From Nitrososphaerota archaeon (lineage in GTDB: Archaea > Thermoproteota > Nitrososphaeria_A > Caldarchaeales > Caldarchaeaceae), in the NCBI GenBank assembly GCA_038891515.1, contig JAWAEB010000029.1:1-18135 (forward strand): a DNA stretch of 18,135 nt. Direction: 5' to 3'. Below are positions 15,472 through 18,135 of this stretch, piece by piece. A model generated the notes under the pieces. It had not been told where the DNA came from. It ran no database searches and saw only the letters and a list, made by a program, of their open reading frames with translations. Every line of letters starts with the position of its first letter. Positions within the stretch are counted from its first letter, which is position 1. A program made the position numbers and the translations under genes.

Positions 15472-17655
15472 ATGATGAGTGTTAAAGAGCTGAGGCTCCG
15501 AGTGGCCGAGGCTAAACAGCGTGATGTGGGCTACGGGATAGCTAGAATTGATAGGAGCGTTGGCTCTGAGGCAGGCCTCTCCACAGGCGACGTGATAGAG
15601 ATTAGGGGGAAGAAGCTCACAGCTGCTACGGTCTGGCTTGGATACGTAGAAGAGGAGAAGGATAAAGACATAATAAGGATCGACGGTCACATAAGGAACA
15701 ACGCCGGAGTCTCACTTAACGATTATGTGTTGGTGAAGAAGGCGCAGGTGAAGGAGGCACAGCTGGTCGTCCTCGCTCCCTACAACTCATCAGTTAAGCC
15801 CGATGAGAACTTTACCAAGTTGGTGAAGAGCAGGCTCATAGAGTATCCAGTGGTGCATAAGAACATAGTTCCTGTCCTATTCTTCGGCAACCTCTTCACC
15901 TTTGCTGTTGTCCAGACAAGACCAACGGGCATAACAAAGATAACGCCCAAAACCAAGCTCGTTATACAGTCGAGGATTGTGCAGGAGAAGACGTTGAGAA
16001 CCAGCATCACCTACGAGGACATAGGCGGTCTACAGGAGCAGATTCAACGGGTTAGGGAGATGATAGAGCTGCCCCTCCGCTTCCCAGAGCTTTTTCAGAG
16101 GCTGGGCATAGAGCCTCCCAAGGGTGTTCTCCTCTATGGTCCGCCTGGCTGTGGCAAGACACTCCTAGCCAAGGCAGTGGCCACGGAGGCTGAGGCCAAC
16201 TTCATACTCATCAACGGCCCCGAGATAATGAACAAATACTACGGTGAGACCGAGGCCAGGCTCAGGGAGATCTTTAGAAAGGCGGAGGAGGAGGGTCCCA
16301 GCATAGTATTCATCGATGAGATAGACGCCATAGCTCCCAAGAGAAGTGAGGTGACAGGCGAGGTGGAGAAGAGGGTTGTGGCGCAGCTCCTAGCCTTGAT
16401 GGACGGGCTTGAGGGACGTGGCTCTGTAATAGTGATAGGAGCTACTAACAGGCCCAACGCCCTAGACCCAGCGCTCCGTAGGCCTGGCAGGTTTGATAGG
16501 GAGATAGAGATTGGAATACCGGATAAGAGGGGGAGGACCGAGATACTTCACATACATACTAGGGGCATGCCCCTAGCTAAGGATGTTATTGTAGAGAAGC
16601 TGGGAGAAATAACTAGAGGCTATACCGGCGCAGACCTCACAGCCCTATGTAGGGAAGCTGCCATGAAAGCCATAAGAAGGATCCTGCCCAACATAGACTT
16701 CTCCGAGGAGAAGATATCACCGGAAATCCTCAACAACCTTGAGGTGACCATGAAAGATTTCATAGACGCCTATAAGGAGATAACGCCCAGCGCATTGAGG
16801 GAGGTGGAGGTGGAGACACCTACTGTGAGGTGGGAGGACATTGGTGGTCTTGGCAGTGTCAAGCAGAAGCTGATAGAGGTTGTGGAATGGCCCCTCAAAT
16901 ATCCTGAAAAGTTCCAAAAGCTTGGGATAAAGGCTCCCAAGGGTGTTCTCCTCTATGGTCCGCCTGGCTGTGGCAAGACACTCCTAGCCAAGGCAGTGGC
17001 CACAGAGAGTGAGGCTAACTTCATAACCATCAAAGGTCCGGAGGTGTATTCCAAGTGGGTTGGCGAGTCTGAGAAGGCGATTAGGGAGACCTTCCGCAAG
17101 GCCCGGCAGGCGGCGCCGGCGGTCATCTTCCTGGATGAAATAGAGTCAATAGCGCCGAGGAAGGATATGATGGAGGATAGCTCGGGTGTAACGAATAGGG
17201 TTGCGAGTCAGCTGCTGGCGGAGATGGATGGGATAGAAGAGTTGACCGACATAGTGGTCATCGGAGCTACCAACAGGCCGGACCTGCTGGACCCAGCCAT
17301 CCTGAGACCGGGGAGGTTTGACAGGCTTGTATACATACCTCCGCCTGATGAGAGGTCGAGGCTTGAGATACTCACAATATACACGAGGGATATGCCGCTG
17401 GCTGAGGATGTCAGTCTAGATGATATGGCGAGCCGTAGTGAGGGATTCTCTGGGGCTGACCTCGAATCCCTATGTAGAGAGGCTGCTTTAGCGGCTTTGA
17501 GGCGGGACATAAACTCGGAGAAGGTGACGAGGATAGACTTTGAGGAGGCGTTCACCCTAGTAAAGCCTAGTATCTCTCCGCAGATGCTGAGGGAGTATGA
17601 GAGGCTGGGTGAGGTGCTCCGATCTTCCGAGAGACCGCTGGCCATGATAGGATGA
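15472..17655 (+). CDS. cdc48: Cdc48/p97/VAT AAA+ ATPase
   Basis: 727 aa; N domain plus two AAA modules, each with GPPGCGKTLLAKAVATE, a Walker B (VFIDEIDAIAP; IFLDEIESIAP) and arginine-finger regions. Confidence 0.97.
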   Translation: MMSVKELRLRVAEAKQRDVGYGIARIDRSVGSEAGLSTGDVIEIRGKKLTAATVWLGYVEEEKDKDIIRIDGHIRNNAGVSLNDYVLVKKAQVKEAQLVVLAPYNSSVKPDENFTKLVKSRLIEYPVVHKNIVPVLFFGNLFTFAVVQTRPTGITKITPKTKLVIQSRIVQEKTLRTSITYEDIGGLQEQIQRVREMIELPLRFPELFQRLGIEPPKGVLLYGPPGCGKTLLAKAVATEAEANFILINGPEIMNKYYGETEARLREIFRKAEEEGPSIVFIDEIDAIAPKRSEVTGEVEKRVVAQLLALMDGLEGRGSVIVIGATNRPNALDPALRRPGRFDREIEIGIPDKRGRTEILHIHTRGMPLAKDVIVEKLGEITRGYTGADLTALCREAAMKAIRRILPNIDFSEEKISPEILNNLEVTMKDFIDAYKEITPSALREVEVETPTVRWEDIGGLGSVKQKLIEVVEWPLKYPEKFQKLGIKAPKGVLLYGPPGCGKTLLAKAVATESEANFITIKGPEVYSKWVGESEKAIRETFRKARQAAPAVIFLDEIESIAPRKDMMEDSSGVTNRVASQLLAEMDGIEELTDIVVIGATNRPDLLDPAILRPGRFDRLVYIPPPDERSRLEILTIYTRDMPLAEDVSLDDMASRSEGFSGADLESLCREAALAALRRDINSEKVTRIDFEEAFTLVKPSISPQMLREYERLGEVLRSSERPLAMIG

Positions 17656-17873
17656 CACTGTTGTCCACATACTACTCCATATTGACAGTCCTCAGGAAGA
17701 GTGGTGGGAAGGCTATGTTGCAGAATCTACTTGACGAACTGCATAGGACTGGTGTGGATATATCGAAGGGCGAGCTGAACCAAGCTTTGATGAAGCTGGA
17801 GATACATGGCAAGGTTAGGGTGACTAGCCTTGATGAGGTGCGGAAGGTTGTCGAGCTTGTGGATGAGGGCTAG
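17652..17873 (+). CDS. small winged-helix-like protein coupled to cdc48
   Basis: 73 aa; ATG overlaps the cdc48 stop (ATGA); ILTVLRKSGGKAMLQNLLDELHRTGVDISKGELNQALMKLEIHGKVRVTS looks like wHTH. Confidence 0.65.
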   Translation: MTLLSTYYSILTVLRKSGGKAMLQNLLDELHRTGVDISKGELNQALMKLEIHGKVRVTSLDEVRKVVELVDEG

Positions 17874-18135
17874 CTGAGGAATGCGTCGAGGGTGCCTCCG
17901 GCCCGGCTCTTTCTCCCCCTCAAAATGTCGAGAGCCTTGACCACCCGCTCCTCACTAAAGTCATACTCGCCGCATAACATCGCCACCACGGCCTCGGTGT
18001 CAACCTCACCCCACTCTAGCCTATAGCTATCAGTTACCTTAGGATTTTTGAAGAGCTCCCTAACGGACTTGTAGTCAAAGACTATCTGTATCACACCCTT
18101 CTCCGCAGCATTCTCTATGGAGCCATGCTCCTGCA
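17870..18135 (-). CDS. fen: flap endonuclease 1, C-terminal part, continuing past the window edge
   Basis: The open frame runs to the edge: QEHGSIENAAEKGVIQIVFDYKSVRELFKNPKVTDSYRLEWGEVDTEAVVAMLCGEYDFSEERVVKALDILRG...GGTLDAFLS*. FEN1 C-terminus with PIP-like tail. Confidence 0.85.
   Translation of the reverse strand, partial: QEHGSIENAAEKGVIQIVFDYKSVRELFKNPKVTDSYRLEWGEVDTEAVVAMLCGEYDFSEERVVKALDILRGRKSRAGGTLDAFLS

Noticed and set aside
14017-17645. Antisense ORFs opposite the reductase and cdc48 genes
   Set aside because: Overlapping confident coding sequence; Ser/Leu-rich translations typical of antisense shadows.
1-18135. CRISPR array, toxin-antitoxin pair or ubiquitin-like cluster
   Set aside because: No direct repeat/spacer array, Cas, E1/E2/Ubl or toxin-antitoxin signatures were seen. 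The only regular array is the three-hairpin element, which has 7-nt spacers and no exact repeat.

Overview
This is an archaeal window, shown by A-type ATPase subunits H and C, aEF1-beta, a Cdc48/VAT ATPase, a FEN1 C-terminus, a geranylgeranyl reductase, and Hjc with a Hef-like helicase. The flanks (0.2-5.1 kb and 11.7-18.1 kb) are mostly intact housekeeping genes. The centre (about 5.2-11.7 kb) is accessory and disrupted. It holds: a Tat-signal SagB-like nitroreductase split over three frames, overlapping a cytochrome b-like membrane protein with two HX13H motifs; an unlisted 57-aa DUF1059-type ORF; an exported-protein ORF with one in-frame TAG; a tRNA-Arg-like 5' half that stops in the anticodon loop at the end of another ORF; a broken amino-methyltransferase; a free-standing LAGLIDADG endonuclease; a GC-rich segment that folds into nested helices; and three hairpins in exact 25-nt register with changing outer stems around a shared core. 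A broken DDE transposase remnant and an intact tRNA-Gln(TTG) follow. The best leads for something undescribed are the three-hairpin array, the GC-rich RNA candidate, the tRNA 5' half and the Tat-nitroreductase/di-heme pair. Several disruptions are single-base and could be sequencing errors. All calls are by eye, with no database search.
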